Positions 13,137-26,272 are shown, counted from the first letter of the stretch. The stretch is DNA of 64,000 bases from Octopus sinensis (GCF_006345805.1 NC_043003.1:84630001-84694000), one strand, 5' to 3'. Numbers and translations: made by a program. Notes: generated by a model from the sequence alone, not told the origin.

Positions 13137-13410
13137 AAGTATTTAGACCAGTTAAGGCCCGTAGCTAAACAGCTCAAAGTGTTTAAACCGGTTAAGAGCC
13201 GTGGCTAAACAGCTCTAAGTATTTAGTCCACTCAAAAGTTCAAAGCGTCTTGTCCAGTTAAGGGGCTACATAAACGAGGCAATTCATTTAGACCTGTTAC
13301 AGGCCGTAGCTTAACAGCTCAAAGCATTTAGCTCGGTTAAGCAATTTTCCAAATTAAGAAGCATAGCTTAGCAACTTAAACTATTTAGACCGGTTAAACG
13401 TCGTAGCTGA
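13137..13410. repeat. Degenerate ~40-bp minisatellite (about 7 units)
   Basis: Unit AAAGTATTTAGACCAGTTAAGGCCCGTAGCTAAACAGCTC and diverged copies. Confidence 0.75.
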
Positions 13411-14488
13411 ACAATGAATTTTTTCATCTTAAGGGGCGTGAGCATAGAAACTTCATAAAATAGACACTATGAGAGAAAGTTCTGCGGTAATGGAGAGTTG
13501 TGGGAACATACAGGTTTAACCAGTTGGGAGTATGTAATTTCAAACATGCACTTAGGCTTGAAACGTTGGTCACTTCTTTTTGAAAGTATGGTGATGGAGA
13601 AATTCAGCAGCACCTCGAGTGACTGAGCAGACTTCTCCAGAGATAACACTGCTTACATATTAATCAGTAAGAAGCTAGAAAAGGTGAACTAAACAAAGCT
13701 TCCTTAATTTTGCAACTGGCCAGCAATTCTGTGGTGGATGATTGTAACATCCAGGAAATTTGCGACATTCCAAAAAGCAGTCGTAGTCGGACACAAGTTG
13801 ACTTCCACCATGTTTGTATGTATGTATGTATAAGGATGTATAATTATATGTATGCACGTAGGTGTGTGTAAAAGTGCTGTATGTATACATGCATGCATGA
13901 ATATGTATGTATTAGTAGCAAGTTTGTGAAGGAAAGCATTTTGTTTAAGTTCATCATTCTTTAAATCATTAGGTCATTCACATTTTTATTATCTCAGATA
14001 ACGTGATCATTTGTAGTGTATAAATTAAGGCGTTGCATTCTCTCCCCAAAAAGCCCAAGTTCAGCCATGCTTTGCTCCAGGCAGATAGGTATATATCTTT
14101 TTACTTCAATAGTAGAAGACCAAGCTATCATACAGTGGGACTGAACCTAGAACCATGTGGTTCTTGCGACACAGCCACGCCTACACCTATATATGTATAT
14201 ATGTGTGTGGAGAGAGAGAGAGAGAGAAAGGGAGAGGGAGAGAGAGAGAGAGACAGTGTGTATGTGTATTTTTTTTTTTTACCAAATTCCATTTGACAAA
14301 GTACTGGTCAACAAAAGATAATCAGAGAACAGACATGTTCAAGATAGCGCGTTTCGAAATTGAACCCGGAACTATGTGGTTGCGAATCTAAATTTTCAAT
14401 CATACAATTATGTCTCAATGTTTCTTCGAGCCATATATTTGTTTTATTTTATTTTATTCTCTTTATGCAAAATTTGATTATATTCCAG

Positions 14489-14551
14489 TTTCTTTACACT
14501 AATGTTCGAAAATTTTGTAAAGACTATATATTTGGTGAAACAGAATTCTAA
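14489..14551 (+). CDS. Candidate terminal coding exon (FLYTNVRKFCKDYIFGETEF*)
   Basis: T-rich tract plus TTCCAG acceptor, then 20 open codons and TAA. No partner exon confirmed. Confidence 0.2.
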   Translation, partial: FLYTNVRKFCKDYIFGETEF

Positions 14552-15156
14552 ACAGAATTTCATTTATTTTATTTTATTGTCGTCAACAAAATTAGTTTTT
14601 ACCGGAAATAAAAACCGGTTTATAGACCGGTTTTGACAAAGAATTACCTTTTTCTTTGCTATGTCTATCCTACGTAATTCTATTAAAAGCATCATCCATA
14701 ATAACTGTCAGACAAGCACAATAGAAAATAAATACAAGAGAAATTTAACAGAAATAGTAAAATAAACGCAGTAACTAATTATTGATAGAGTCCTCCTACA
14801 TAGACTACAAAAAACGATACCAACTACTTTGGGGAATCACTACTTTAAATATTCTGATTTCAGGTATTGAATGTCAAAATATTTTTTATCAATATATGAC
14901 GATAACGATATCAGTGTTCCGGTTTGTCAAATTCTTCTTTTGTGTTTTGATAATTTTTTTCATTTTATTAATTTTTTTTTTTCTTTTGTCATGAGAAGTT
15001 TGTATCGTGGTTAAGAAGTTGAAAGCCGTCTTTAACAACAAACATATTCTGTGTTCTTATGTGTGTGTGTCTGTTTAGAAAAACATAAATCCGGAGAAGA
15101 AGCACACTCTAAGAAGTAGAGAAGTCTATATTTATTACTGGTGAAAGTCAGTTGAT

Positions 15157-15214
15157 AGGATTACTCTGGGTTTCTCGTCATAAAGGGTACCTTTATGGAG
15201 TATCTTCAGAACCT
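15157..15214 (-). ncRNA. Hammerhead-ribozyme-like motif
   Basis: Minus strand AGGTT-CTGAAGA-[stem II with 8-bp CATAAAGG/CCTTTATG]-GAAAC-CCAGA-GTA-ATCCT; stem I 4 of 5 bp. Confidence 0.55.
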
Positions 15215-15341
15215 AAGACCTGTTGGCCTGTAGTCTTTTTAAAATATGGAGGGGGAATGATACAGATATAAACAACGGGATCAAAAGGGATCATCTCTAG
15301 CAAAGAAATAGACTCCATTATATATATATCTCTATATATAA

Positions 15342-17284
15342 TCTTCTCTATATAAAAAACTGAAATGCGTTTTTAACCGCTTGGATCGCTTTCAATGCCA
15401 CTACGACCCGTCCGATTCGCTCCAAAATTTACAGGGACATGTAGAATGAGGTGACGATGCGCGTGGGATACCTTAGAAATCCTATCTTAAAAGGTGTGGT
15501 TGCTAGGGGCCATCTTCTTCACTCACACTATTTCCTTCTTTCCCTCTCTTACTCCCCTTCATTTAACGTTGACAATGTCCACTCCCGTCATTTAATGTAT
15601 TCCCCTCAACTCCCTTTCACTTTGCCTTCATAAGGTCGTCAGGCGGCTTCTTTGATGTATCTGTTTGCATTCATAGTAGGGAATTATCATCGCCACAATT
15701 TATGTATATGTCTTCCTCACTCACTCACTCTTTTCCTAATGATAATTATCATCGCCACCACCACCACCACCAACACACAATACTCACTCTTTTTCATACA
15801 AACGGCCTTCTTTTATGTATCTGTCTGTGTGAAAGAGAGAGATAACTGAAATTTTTTACTCGGTTTTTGTAGTGCGTGCGTGTGTATGCATGTATGTGTA
15901 TATGTATGTATGCATGTATGTGTGAGTGTGTATGTATCTATGTATGTGTGTGTGTGTATGTATGTGTATATGTGTGTATGTATGTGTGAGTGTGCATGTA
16001 TGTATGTACCTTTGCCTGTTTATGTAACGGTCTGCTATGTAGAAATGAGGTTGACTCAATGGAAATGCATACATACACACACACATACATACACACACAT
16101 ACACACATACATACCATACATAACACACACATACATAGATGCAGACTATGTTAAAAGTGCTGGCAAGTTTGCATGACAACTATTTTTTTCCTCAAATGAA
16201 AGGCGTGACCTCTAGGACAAAATTCCTCATCTTATAAAATGTGGCCCCAGTACACCCGAATGAAATCACGTTATATTAACCAAAATGTGAAAAGGGGTCT
16301 CAATGGGGCTGGAAGGGGATTAAAATTTAAAGGAGCGGGTGTTTAGGAATTCTCTGTTACATCAAGCTAAAAAATTTGCGCCGGCCTTTTAATCGTCAAT
16401 GTGTTGCCGTCCATGATGAAGAAGTGTTGAATGCTTGCCATGGTGAGTCTACTGTTGTGAAAAAGAATCACTTCAAAACTTGGTGTTTAGGGATTTTCTT
16501 TTACATCAAGTTCAACATTTTTACGCCAGCCGTTAAAGTGTCAAAACGTTGCTGTCCGTCGTTAAGAAATGCCAGCCATGCTGACTCTAATACCCTCAGA
16601 TTCTATCCCTTCAAACTTTGGTTTCCAATATTTTATTATTTTCATTCAGCTCGCAAGTTCGTCTATCCCTTTTAAATGTTAGTGTTTTGCTGTCTGCCTT
16701 GAAGCAAACCTTTCCGTTGTTACTGCCTGATATTATGATTGATCTTTCTAAATATTTTATTTCTCAACTTACTCAAGATCTTTTGTTGTTTATAAATGGA
16801 GAGAGATAGATAAAGATAGAGAGTAAGAGAAAGCGAGGGAGAGTCCGAGAAAGGAAGAGTAAGAGAGTGGGGAAAGTGAGAGAGAAAGGAGAGAGAAACA
16901 AATACGAGAATCATCATCACCATCATCGTTTAACGTCCCTTTTCCGTGCTAGCACGGGTTGGACAGTGTGACAGGTGTCTGGGAAGCCAGGAGGCTGCAC
17001 CAGGATCCAGTCTGATCTGGCAGTTTCTACAGGGGATGAACTTCCTAACGACAACCACTCTGTGAGTGTAGTGGGTGCTTTTTTCGTGCCGCCGGCACAG
17101 GTGCCAGGGGGGCTCGCAGCGACAACGATCGGTTGGTGCTTTTTACGTGCCACAGGCACAGAAGCAAGTCAAGGCGGCGCTGCAATCGGCCACATTCGGA
17201 TGGTGCTTTTTACGTGCTGAAAGGAAGCAACAGAAAGTAACAACACACTCTTACCCGCGCGTAGAGCGGGTCACCTTCAGCTAG
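15342..17284 (+). mobile_element. Non-autonomous Helitron, ~1.94 kb
   Basis: A|TC start at 15342; hairpin ACCCGC(17253-58)/GCGGGT(17266-71); CTAG|T end at 17281-17284. Confidence 0.8.
16915..17220 (-). mobile_element. RTE-tailed SINE-like fragment (possibly Ceph-domain) nested in the Helitron
   Basis: (CAT)n-CGTTTAACGTCC..GCTAGCACGGGTTGG tail in reverse; three internal GTGCTTTTTACGTGC-type repeats. Family naming is from memory. Confidence 0.6.
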
Positions 17285-17342
<58 letters not shown>

Positions 17343-17640
17343 CGTGGCATGATGCCTCCGGCCATTACACGGTTCGTGGATGGCTATAATGTAATATAAA
17401 GTGGACAGATATAATGAGGGAGATAACATGGGTTTGCACTTGATATTCTTTTATTACATCTGTCACATATGTTTCAGTATTTGCCAATAAGTTTATAGTG
17501 TGATATCATTCATTACCAGATATTGAGACATATGCAACAAATCTAATAAAGGAATACCGAATTCAAATGCTTATTCTTTTCTCCCGTTACGTATATTATT
17601 TGTGTGTGTGTGTATGTGTGTGTGTGTGTGTGTGTGTATG

Positions 17641-17880
17641 GTGAAGGTGCATGGCTTAGTGGTTAAGGTATTGCATTCACGACTGTGAGATCGTGGGTTC
17701 GATTCCCAGACCGCGCGTTGCGTTGTGTTCTTGAGCAAAGCACTTCATTTCATGTTGCTCTACGATCATTTCGACATCTGACATGTGGCTCCCGTTTCAC
17801 CTGTACAGGTAATGTCGATCTGATGGAGGAAGTGAGCTTATGTGTACACAAACATTTGCTCACTATAAACAAATCATCTG
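17641..17880 (+). mobile_element. SINE family B variant (duplicated at ~18839-19070)
   Basis: GGCTTAGTGGTTAAGG head, GGGTTCGATTCC B box, CTTGAGCAAAGCACTT core. Confidence 0.75.
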
Positions 17881-18105
17881 TGTAGTTGTTCGTTATTAGA
17901 TTATTGGTGGGTTTCTTACTTTAAAATTAATACTTAAAAATTAAAATTAATATTTAACATTATAATCGATGTTTTGATATAATCATTATCGTTAAGTTTT
18001 AAGTTTCTATTTTGATAATAGAGTTTTTTTATAAGTAAAATTCTTATATTATTTATTTCTTAAAAATAGTGTTTAAAAATTTCTGATTATTTATTTAAAT
18101 ATTAC

Positions 18106-18207
18106 AATTAACCTGAAGATTGACTGTAAACATAATTCGAATTATTAATTGAATTTAAATTATTGTTATTCGAATTGGTTGCAGCCATGAAACGATCGTA
18201 GTGTTTT
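18106..18207 (+). ncRNA. Hammerhead-like motif with extended stem II
   Basis: CTGAAGA (18113-19), long imperfect stem II, GAAAC-GATC-GTA (18189-18200); stem I is weak. Confidence 0.5.
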
Positions 18208-18470
18208 ACTCTTTATCTTTTATTAAACTTTTAATACTTTTTGATATTTATATAATTTTTTTTTATAAATAAATAAAACTAAATAATATAAAAATAAAAA
18301 TATACATACATATATATATATATATATTTAAAATTTATAAGTTTAAATTATTTAAATAATTTTTAAATTTTAACGTTTATATATTTTTTAAATTAATTTT
18401 ATTTCTATGTATTGGCTTATGATTTTCACTGTTTGATTTGCCTAATAGTGGTTTTATCTCTAATTTAATA

Positions 18471-18526
<56 letters not shown>

Positions 18527-19699
18527 ATATAACCACACACACACCGTGCATGATTCCTCCGGCCATTACACGGTTCGTGGATGGCTATAATGTAATATAA
18601 AGTGGACAGATATAATGAGGGAGTAACATGGGTTTGCACTTGATATTCTTTTATTACATCTGTCACATATGTTTCAGTATTTGCCATAAGTTTATAGTGT
18701 GATATCATTCATTACCAGATATATGAGACATATGCAACAAATCTAATAAAGGAATACCCGATTCAAATGCTTATTCTTTTCTCCCGTTCGTATATTATTT
18801 GTGTTGTGTGTGTAGGTGTGTGTGTGGTGTGTGTGTATGGTGAAGGTGCATGCTTAGGTGGTTAAGGTATGATTCACGACTGTGGATCGTGGGTTCGATT
18901 CCCAGACCGCGCGTTGCGTTGTGTTCTTGAGCAAAGCACTTCATTTCATGTTGCTCTACGATCATTTCGACATCTGACATGTGGCTCCCGTTTCACCTGT
19001 ACGGTAATGTCGATCTGATGGAGGAAGTGAGCTTATGTTTACACAAACATTTGCTCACTATAAACACATCATATCTGTGTAGTTGTTCGTTATTAGATTA
19101 TTGGTGGTTTTCTTACTTTAAAATTATACTTTTAAAAATTAAAATTAATATTTACATTATAATCGATGTTTTGATATAATCATTATCGTTAGTTTTAAGT
19201 TTCTATTTTGATAATAGAGTTTTTTATAAGTAAAATTCTTATATTTTTATTTCTTAAAAATAGTGTTTAAATTTCTGATTATTTATTTAATATTACAATT
19301 AACCTGAGATTGACTGTAACATAATTCGAATTATTAATTGAATTTAAATTATTGTTATTCGAATTGGTTGCAGCCATGAAACGATCGTAGTGTTTTACTC
19401 TTTATCTTTTATTAAACTTTTAATACTTTTTGATATTTATATAATTTTTTTTTATAAATAAATAAAACTAAATAATATAAAACTAAATATCATACATATA
19501 TATATATATAATTTAAAATTTATAATTTAAATTATTTAAATAATTTTTAAATTTAAACGTTTATATATTTTTTAAATATAATTTTATTTCTATGTATTGG
19601 CTTATAATGATTTCACTGTTTGATTTGCCTAATAGTGGTTTTATCTCTAATTTAATATGATATATATATTATATATATATAGATATATATATATATATA

Positions 19700-19736
<37 letters not shown>

Positions 19737-20924
19737 AGAAATTTTACTGCTTATGGGTTAATAGTTTTACTTTATGTTTGAAGACTTCTTCTACAGTCTC
19801 TAGAAATTCTTCGTTCAGTGATTCGGTACGCGTGGAGACATCTATGGACATCAATGATTAACTGATTAGGTCATAAGACTGAAATGTTTGAAGGTGTTAC
19901 CAGTAACTTGATAAAATAATTAAAATATTAGTAATTGACTAATATTTTATTCTTCACTCCGAAATTATTTCTAGTAAGCGGAAGAAACTATCATGGTTTA
20001 ACGAAGAGGGATGTGACTGCAGCAACACATTGTGGAGAACAGAGAACAAGATGAGTCCAGCAAGCTACTTTTGTAATTCGCTGCATCCGTCTCCATCCCC
20101 AATAGTCTTGACCTGGTCTTGCCACTGGATTAAAGATGGACACTGACAACAGAGTGGGATTGACGATGCGTAATTCTTCTTCACTTTAGAAGTCACCACA
20201 CAACTCATTAGTCATACTTCACTCTGGTTGACCAGATGATGCTTGTCGACCCGACAGACATACTTGTAGTCTGCAAATTTGTTGAAGTTGTTTTTTTTTC
20301 GTTTGGCTGTGCATTACATGCATGTTATTGTAAAATCGTTATATGGTCTACATCTCTTGGTGATCTACTTGATGCCGAACACAGTTGTATGTTCTTTCAT
20401 GGTCTAAGCGTAAGTGGAGAGTTTGATGCCTTCCCCTTTATATTTCTGAAAGAAATGTAATTTAAAAAAACAACAATTCGCTGAAAAAAATTTTTATGAC
20501 TATTATACTAACGATAATCGACACACATATCTACACATTCAAGACTTAAGAAAATTGAGGTATTTAAATCCAAGCTTTTATGGGTTTAAGTGAAAAGCAA
20601 GTAGCTTAGCGCTGATATTAAACACATTAAGAAATTAAAAGAAAACACTTCAACTTGTCTAATAAAAGCAGTAGAAGACTCTCTAAACTTACATCGAATA
20701 ATGAAATCCTCAACAATGCAGATCCCTACAGCAATAATACACGAATATCTTACACATTCAAAGACAATATACCGCAGACTCCGGGCAAGATGCTGCAACA
20801 TGGAATACTTCATTTTTCGCTTTCCCCTTAAATGGCTGAAAGTTTCATATATATATATATATATATGCATACATATATATACATATACATATACATACAC
20901 ACCACACACACACACACACCACAT

Positions 20925-20964
<40 letters not shown>

Positions 20965-21029
20965 TATATATATCGCCGTTAAATACTTTAAAAACATTCA
21001 ATACAAATAGAAATAGGGCAATAATTTTT

Positions 21030-21420
21030 GCTTCCCAGCCTCATGAATTCCGTTTCGATCCCACTGCGTGGCACTTGTATTTTGCAATAGACCCAGAATG
21101 ACCAAAGTTTCGTGAGTGGATTTGATAAATAGAAACTGAGAGAAGCCTGGTACATATATAAAAAACATATATATCAAGAGAGTGGGGAGAGATAAAAATA
21201 TAGATATATGTTTGTGTATCGTTGTGTTTCTCCCCCGCCACCACTTTACAATTGGTGTTGGTTTGTTTACGCACCCGTATAAACAAACAAAAGAGACTAA
21301 TAGAATAAGTACCAGGCTTTAAAACAATACAGTGGTCGATTCGTTCAACTAAAACCCTTCAAGGAGAAGCCCTGGCATGGCTGCAGTCCAATGACTGAAA
21401 CAAGTAAAAGAAACAAAAGA
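21030..21420 (+). mobile_element. SINE family A, diverged
   Basis: CCCACTGCGTGGCAC..GTGAGTGGATTTG..GAAACAAGTAAAAGA. Confidence 0.75.
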
Positions 21421-22313
21421 TAAAGAATGGTCTCCATCCTCATCCTCGTCCGGCTTTGATATACATCTCTCATCTTCCTCTTCTCACCTCTTCTGTGCTT
21501 CAACTTCCAATCCTCCGTAAGCCCTTGTTTGATGATGTTGATTTAAAGAATTTTAAATTGAATACCAATCAACCAGCTAATTAAATCGATGCTAACACAC
21601 TTAATATGGTGAGAGAAAAAAAAAGTTAATTAAAATTCTATTTCTTCCATTTTATTTTGATTTCCCGCTCTTTCAGCTTTCGTTCTTCCATTGTTCTTTT
21701 ATTTATCTCATTACTTATTTATTTACTTCCTCTCTCTTTTTTTACCTCATTCTTTTACTTACAATCATCATTGTTTCTTCTTTTTCGTTCAGTATTTGCT
21801 TCATTCGTTGTACCTTTCTTTTTACAATGCATTTTTTTTTATAGTTGTCCTGATTTTATATCTGTTTCCCCGCCACCACCATCACCACCGATTTTTCTTT
21901 TCTCTCTCTCTTTCTCTCTTACCTTTCTTTTTACTTGTTTTCCTTTGCTTGCTTCACTTTCTTTTTGTGTTTTTTTTTTCAGATGTCATTCTTCTATTAC
22001 ATCTTTCAAATAACACCTTCCCTTCACAACATAAAGACGCTTGGCGCCATCTTAACACACATAGCACACTAATAACGTTTCTTAATTTTACAACATGGTG
22101 TACTACCCACAATGTCAATCAAACTGCAGCGATGAATGACAGTTTAGCAGAGTGTCTGTTTAATAAAAGAAAGGAGCTGATTCCGTTTCCCATGCTAAAA
22201 TAAAAAATAAACGCTATCTCTGTAAACTATCATATTGAATAGGTTTATGTCCACATTCAAAGTTGGACAGGGGTTTAAGCTGGAACATATATTCACTTAT
22301 ACTTGTATTGGTC

Positions 22314-22451
22314 TCAATCACTCTTCTGTGGCCATGAATCGATACCATCAGTGAATGACGTCAGATATGTACACAAATAAGGAAACTCGGATCTGCCTTC
22401 ATTACATAGCTCCATTGCTGTAATACAATGATTCCAAGCCTTTTCTATATC
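22314..22451 (-). CDS. Candidate terminal exon (DIEKAWNHCITAMELCNEGRSEFPYLCTYLTSFTDGIDSWPQKSD*)
   Basis: TGCAG acceptor then 45 open codons and TGA; no family recognised. Confidence 0.25.
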   Translation of the reverse strand, partial: DIEKAWNHCITAMELCNEGRSEFPYLCTYLTSFTDGIDSWPQKSD

Positions 22452-23474
22452 CTGCACTCTAGAAATGCTTGATTAGTTTTCACACACCTGCTAAAGGAAT
22501 ATAGCAAATAACTAATTTAATATTTAATTTAATTAAACCTTTACCTGTCCAAAGTATTTTTATAAGTTTGTTCTGAACATTCATACTTGTTTTCAGACTT
22601 TTAGTTAAGCCTTATTTCAAATGTTGTGAGTAATATATATTTTTCTTTTCATAAGTTCCAAGTTATTCTGGTGGTTGAAAACAATATGCTTTAAAAACGA
22701 CACATGAACGTCAAGAAAACATTTACGTTGTATCAAATATGATACACAGGACGGGAGAAGGATTAAGTCACATATAGTACTGAGAAGGTGGGGGAGGAGT
22801 GCCATTACTTGTTACGCACCATTTGAACTCAACGGAGTGTTCCCTTCCTCACTTTTCTGTCTTTTATTTACTCAATTAATGTGGTTTCCCATTCACCAGT
22901 TTTCTTCTTTTTAACAACGGATTCTTCCTCTAGGCACGTTCTCTCTCCCTCTATTTCAAAAACCTTTTATATCCCTCTAATTCTTTCCATCTCTCTTCCT
23001 TCAACCTACCATCCCATCTATGCATACAGATGCACACAGACTTGCATTAATCGACTCTTCTATCTGCACACTTCCGTGCACATACTCTTGTGTCCACATT
23101 CGCTGACTAATATATTCACCGATTCTGTGTCTACTTCCTTGTCTTTTTCTTTTTAAGCATTATTGACATTTCTACCCATCAACTTTCGCCCTCTTCTATC
23201 CAGAAACCACATACCCATCTACCCGTATCCTTCGGTTGTTATAACCATGATTCTCTGACAGCAACACGCAGGTTGTTTCTCTTACTTTCTTACTATCTCC
23301 CTTCTCTAACTCAATAAAGAGACGATGCTCGAAATGTCAATATTTTCTCTTCTTCTACAAGGCGTAATATATTTACTTCACATTTATCATTACTTAAACT
23401 TATTAGATTCGATTGTTTGTTGATGACTCAAGCCCACAACATATTCCTTAGATTCTGGATTTCATACTACTTAT

Positions 23475-23752
23475 ACAAGCACTCTGTCGGTTACTACGAC
23501 GAGTGTTCCAGTTGATCCGTTCGACGGAACAGCCTGCTCGTGAGATTATCATGCAAGTGGCTGAGCACTCTACAGACACGCGGAACACAGAATATTACAA
23601 GGCTGGCTCTTGGAAATACAGGTACAAAATATTTTTGCCAACAAAATGGACTGCATCAATGTGAAATAATGTCTTGCTCAAGAACACAACACGCCGTCGG
23701 GTATTGAACTCACGAGTCGAATGTCCTAGCCATTAAGCCACGCGCCTTCACT
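23475..23752 (-). mobile_element. SINE family B
   Basis: Reverse-complement tail, TTGCTCAAGAACACAAC core and head. Confidence 0.75.
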
Positions 23753-24439
23753 ACATATGGAATGTCTGTATTTTGATTATATGTCTATTCAAGCAGGTTT
23801 AACTTGAGATTAATCACCTACACTTAGGGAACCTATAAGAAGTCGTACGACTTGCTAAAAATAGCTGTAGAAGATACCTTGAAATTACACTTACTGATAA
23901 GAAAAACAAAGACACATTAGATGATGTAATTCTAGATACAGAATGTTTGAACAAAATACGAGTTGGTCGCGAAACACCTTTCATCATACATCTATTCGAC
24001 CAGGGCTCAGCTGCGTAGTGGTGCTGGGTGAGTGGTGTTGGCGTTTATGTCAACAAATATAATAACGATTTCATTATTAATATTAGTTGCTGGCCTACAA
24101 CCATTGATCGTTTTAATTCCACACCTGACCCTTGAATAACTTCAGCGAAGTCCCCTCAGTTATCAGTAGAAAGAACATCTGTTTCCAGTCTAAGGAAAAA
24201 TTTCTGTCTTTCCCCTGACAGACTTAGAAAGCTATGAAAAAGGACAGAAGCGACGTCTCTCTTACACTAACCAAATCATAAAGAAATAGAAAGCAACAAA
24301 GTGTATTGATATTTTCATGATAAACAAAAATAAACGTTAACAACTACATAAGCAGCAAGCGATCAACAGAACTAATAATAGGCTTAAGACGGATATCGCT
24401 ATCCAACATGTTGTCAGAGCGATTGTTATTGTAGTTGCT

Positions 24440-24458
24440 ATTATTATTACTATTATTA

Positions 24459-24522
<64 letters not shown>

Positions 24523-24542
24523 TACTACTACTACTACTATTA
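24440..24542. repeat. (ATT)n/(ACT)n microsatellite
   Basis: Direct reading. Confidence 0.95.
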
Positions 24543-24873
24543 GTGTTTCGTTTGTTTCTCCTTGACAACCCGAGTAAGCATCCTTTTGTGATAAATGATG
24601 ATTCAGCAGTCTCATCTGATTATGACAGACAGAGATAGAGATTGCACCATTGTTAGAAAGGGGAGGGGGAGGGAAAGAATATCGGTTGATACAGGTAGAG
24701 AAATGAGAGGGTGGGGGGTTAATTTGTGTATGAAGCTCAAGTTCACACACACACACATACACACAAACACACACACAAGCACACACAACACATATACACA
24801 AACAGCCACCACACACACACATGCACGTGCACACAAACGAACACAACACACGCACATATATGTATATTTATGC

Positions 24874-24910
<37 letters not shown>

Positions 24911-25525
24911 TAAATATACATATATATATATACATGCATTATATATACATATATATATATATTATATATATATATATATTATAATATATTATATATAATA
25001 TATGTATGTATGTATGTATGTATGTATACACACATCCGCACACACATATATATAAACACTTATAAATATGTTGATAAAGAAAAAGATGCATTTGGCAGAG
25101 AGAGAGAGATAGAGAGAAACTGAGACAGAAACAGAGTGAGAAAGAGAGACAGACAGACTGACAGACAGAGAAACTGACAGAGAGGGGGGAAGGAGAGAGA
25201 GATGAAGCAGTAAGGGATAATACACAAGCGATAGTGCTTTAGTTCGTGTACACATTTATCCTTAGATCGATAGAAACAGAGAGAGAGGGGGAAGAGGGAA
25301 GGAGGGAGTGAGAGAAAGAAAGGGTTTGAAGAGAAAGCTGGAAATAAGAACATAAATACAACAATCTACTTCGAGACAACACAGTTACAGTTGCAAATAT
25401 TGTAATTGTAATTGTAGCTAAAAAGTAGGCAGATCCATAATTCCATAAATTACGGAGGATCATCATATCAGAGAGAATACAAGGCTAAAAAAAACCTCCT
25501 TCAAACTAAATTAGTAAAGGCTTAC

Positions 25526-25589
25526 ATAAGAAACAAAAACTGCAAGGCAGATTCTACTTGTTATCTTCTTTTTACGGTTTGCTCCTGAG
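25526..25589 (-). CDS. Candidate internal exon (SGANRKKKITSRICLAVFVSY)
   Basis: TCTTTTCTAG acceptor, GTAAGC donor, one open frame (phase 2 to phase 0). Confidence 0.3.
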
Positions 25590-25692
25590 CTAGAAAAGAC
25601 CGGCCGAGATAAAATATTGAAAATCTAGTTCTAATCAGCAAAGCAGTAAATGCATGCATATACATGTATATGTATATATGCATGTATGTGCA

Positions 25693-25850
25693 TAGGAGTG
25701 GCTGTATGGTAAGTAGCTTGCTAACCAACCACATGGTTGCAGGTTCAGTCCCACTGCGTGGCATCTTGGGCAAGTGTCTTCTGCTATAGCCCCGGGCCGA
25801 TCAATGCCTTGTGAGTGGATTTGGTAGACGGAAACTGAAAGAAGCCTGTC

Positions 25851-25919
<69 letters not shown>

Positions 25920-26132
25920 TGTGTTTGTGTGTCTGTGTTTGTCCCCCTAGCATTGCTTGACAACCGATGCTGGTGTGTTTACGCCCCCGTCACTTAGCGG
26001 TTCGGTACAAGAGACCGATAGAATAAGTACTGGGCTTACAAAGAATAAGTTCCGGGGTCGATTTGATCGACTAAAGGCGGTGCTCCAGCATGGCCGCAGT
26101 CAAATGACTGAAACAAGTAAAAGAGTAAAAGA
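25693..26132 (+). mobile_element. SINE family A, full length
   Basis: Head, core, internal (TA)n(GT)n and tail all present. Confidence 0.85.
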
Positions 26133-26147
26133 GTATATGTACATATA

Positions 26148-26272
26148 TGGAGACACGTGGCTTAGTGGTTAGGATGTTGGACTTATGATCGTAAGATTGT
26201 GGTTTCGATTCCTGGACCGGGCGATGCGTTGTGTATATGAGCAATACACATCATTTCGCGTTGCTCCAGTTC
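26148..26272 (+). mobile_element. SINE family B 5' part, truncated by the LINE
   Basis: GGCTTAGTGGTTAGG head ends at GCTCCAGTTC, where RT sequence begins. Confidence 0.7.

Larger units (their letters stand above)
17331..19732. repeat. Tandem duplication of a ~1.2-kb unit, bounded by (TA)n
   Basis: Anchors ACCGTG at 17341 and 18543; copy 2 has many 1-bp deletions. Confidence 0.9.

Noticed and set aside
13137-13410. CRISPR-like spacing
   Set aside because: Whole units are mutually homologous; an ordinary minisatellite.
14606-14636. AAAACCGGT/ACCGGTTTT hairpin as a terminator
   Set aside because: Short and plausible by chance; intrinsic terminators are not expected here.
17641-17712. tRNA gene (and similar heads elsewhere)
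   Set aside because: The A and B boxes run into SINE core sequence; no complete cloverleaf.
17890-18470. Mitochondrial insertion (NUMT)
   Set aside because: No mitochondrial gene recognised; better explained as an HHR-bearing element end.
19797-19861. Plus-strand terminal exon SRNSSFSDSVRVETSMDIND*
   Set aside because: Acceptor is plausible but there is no upstream partner or homology; too short to support.
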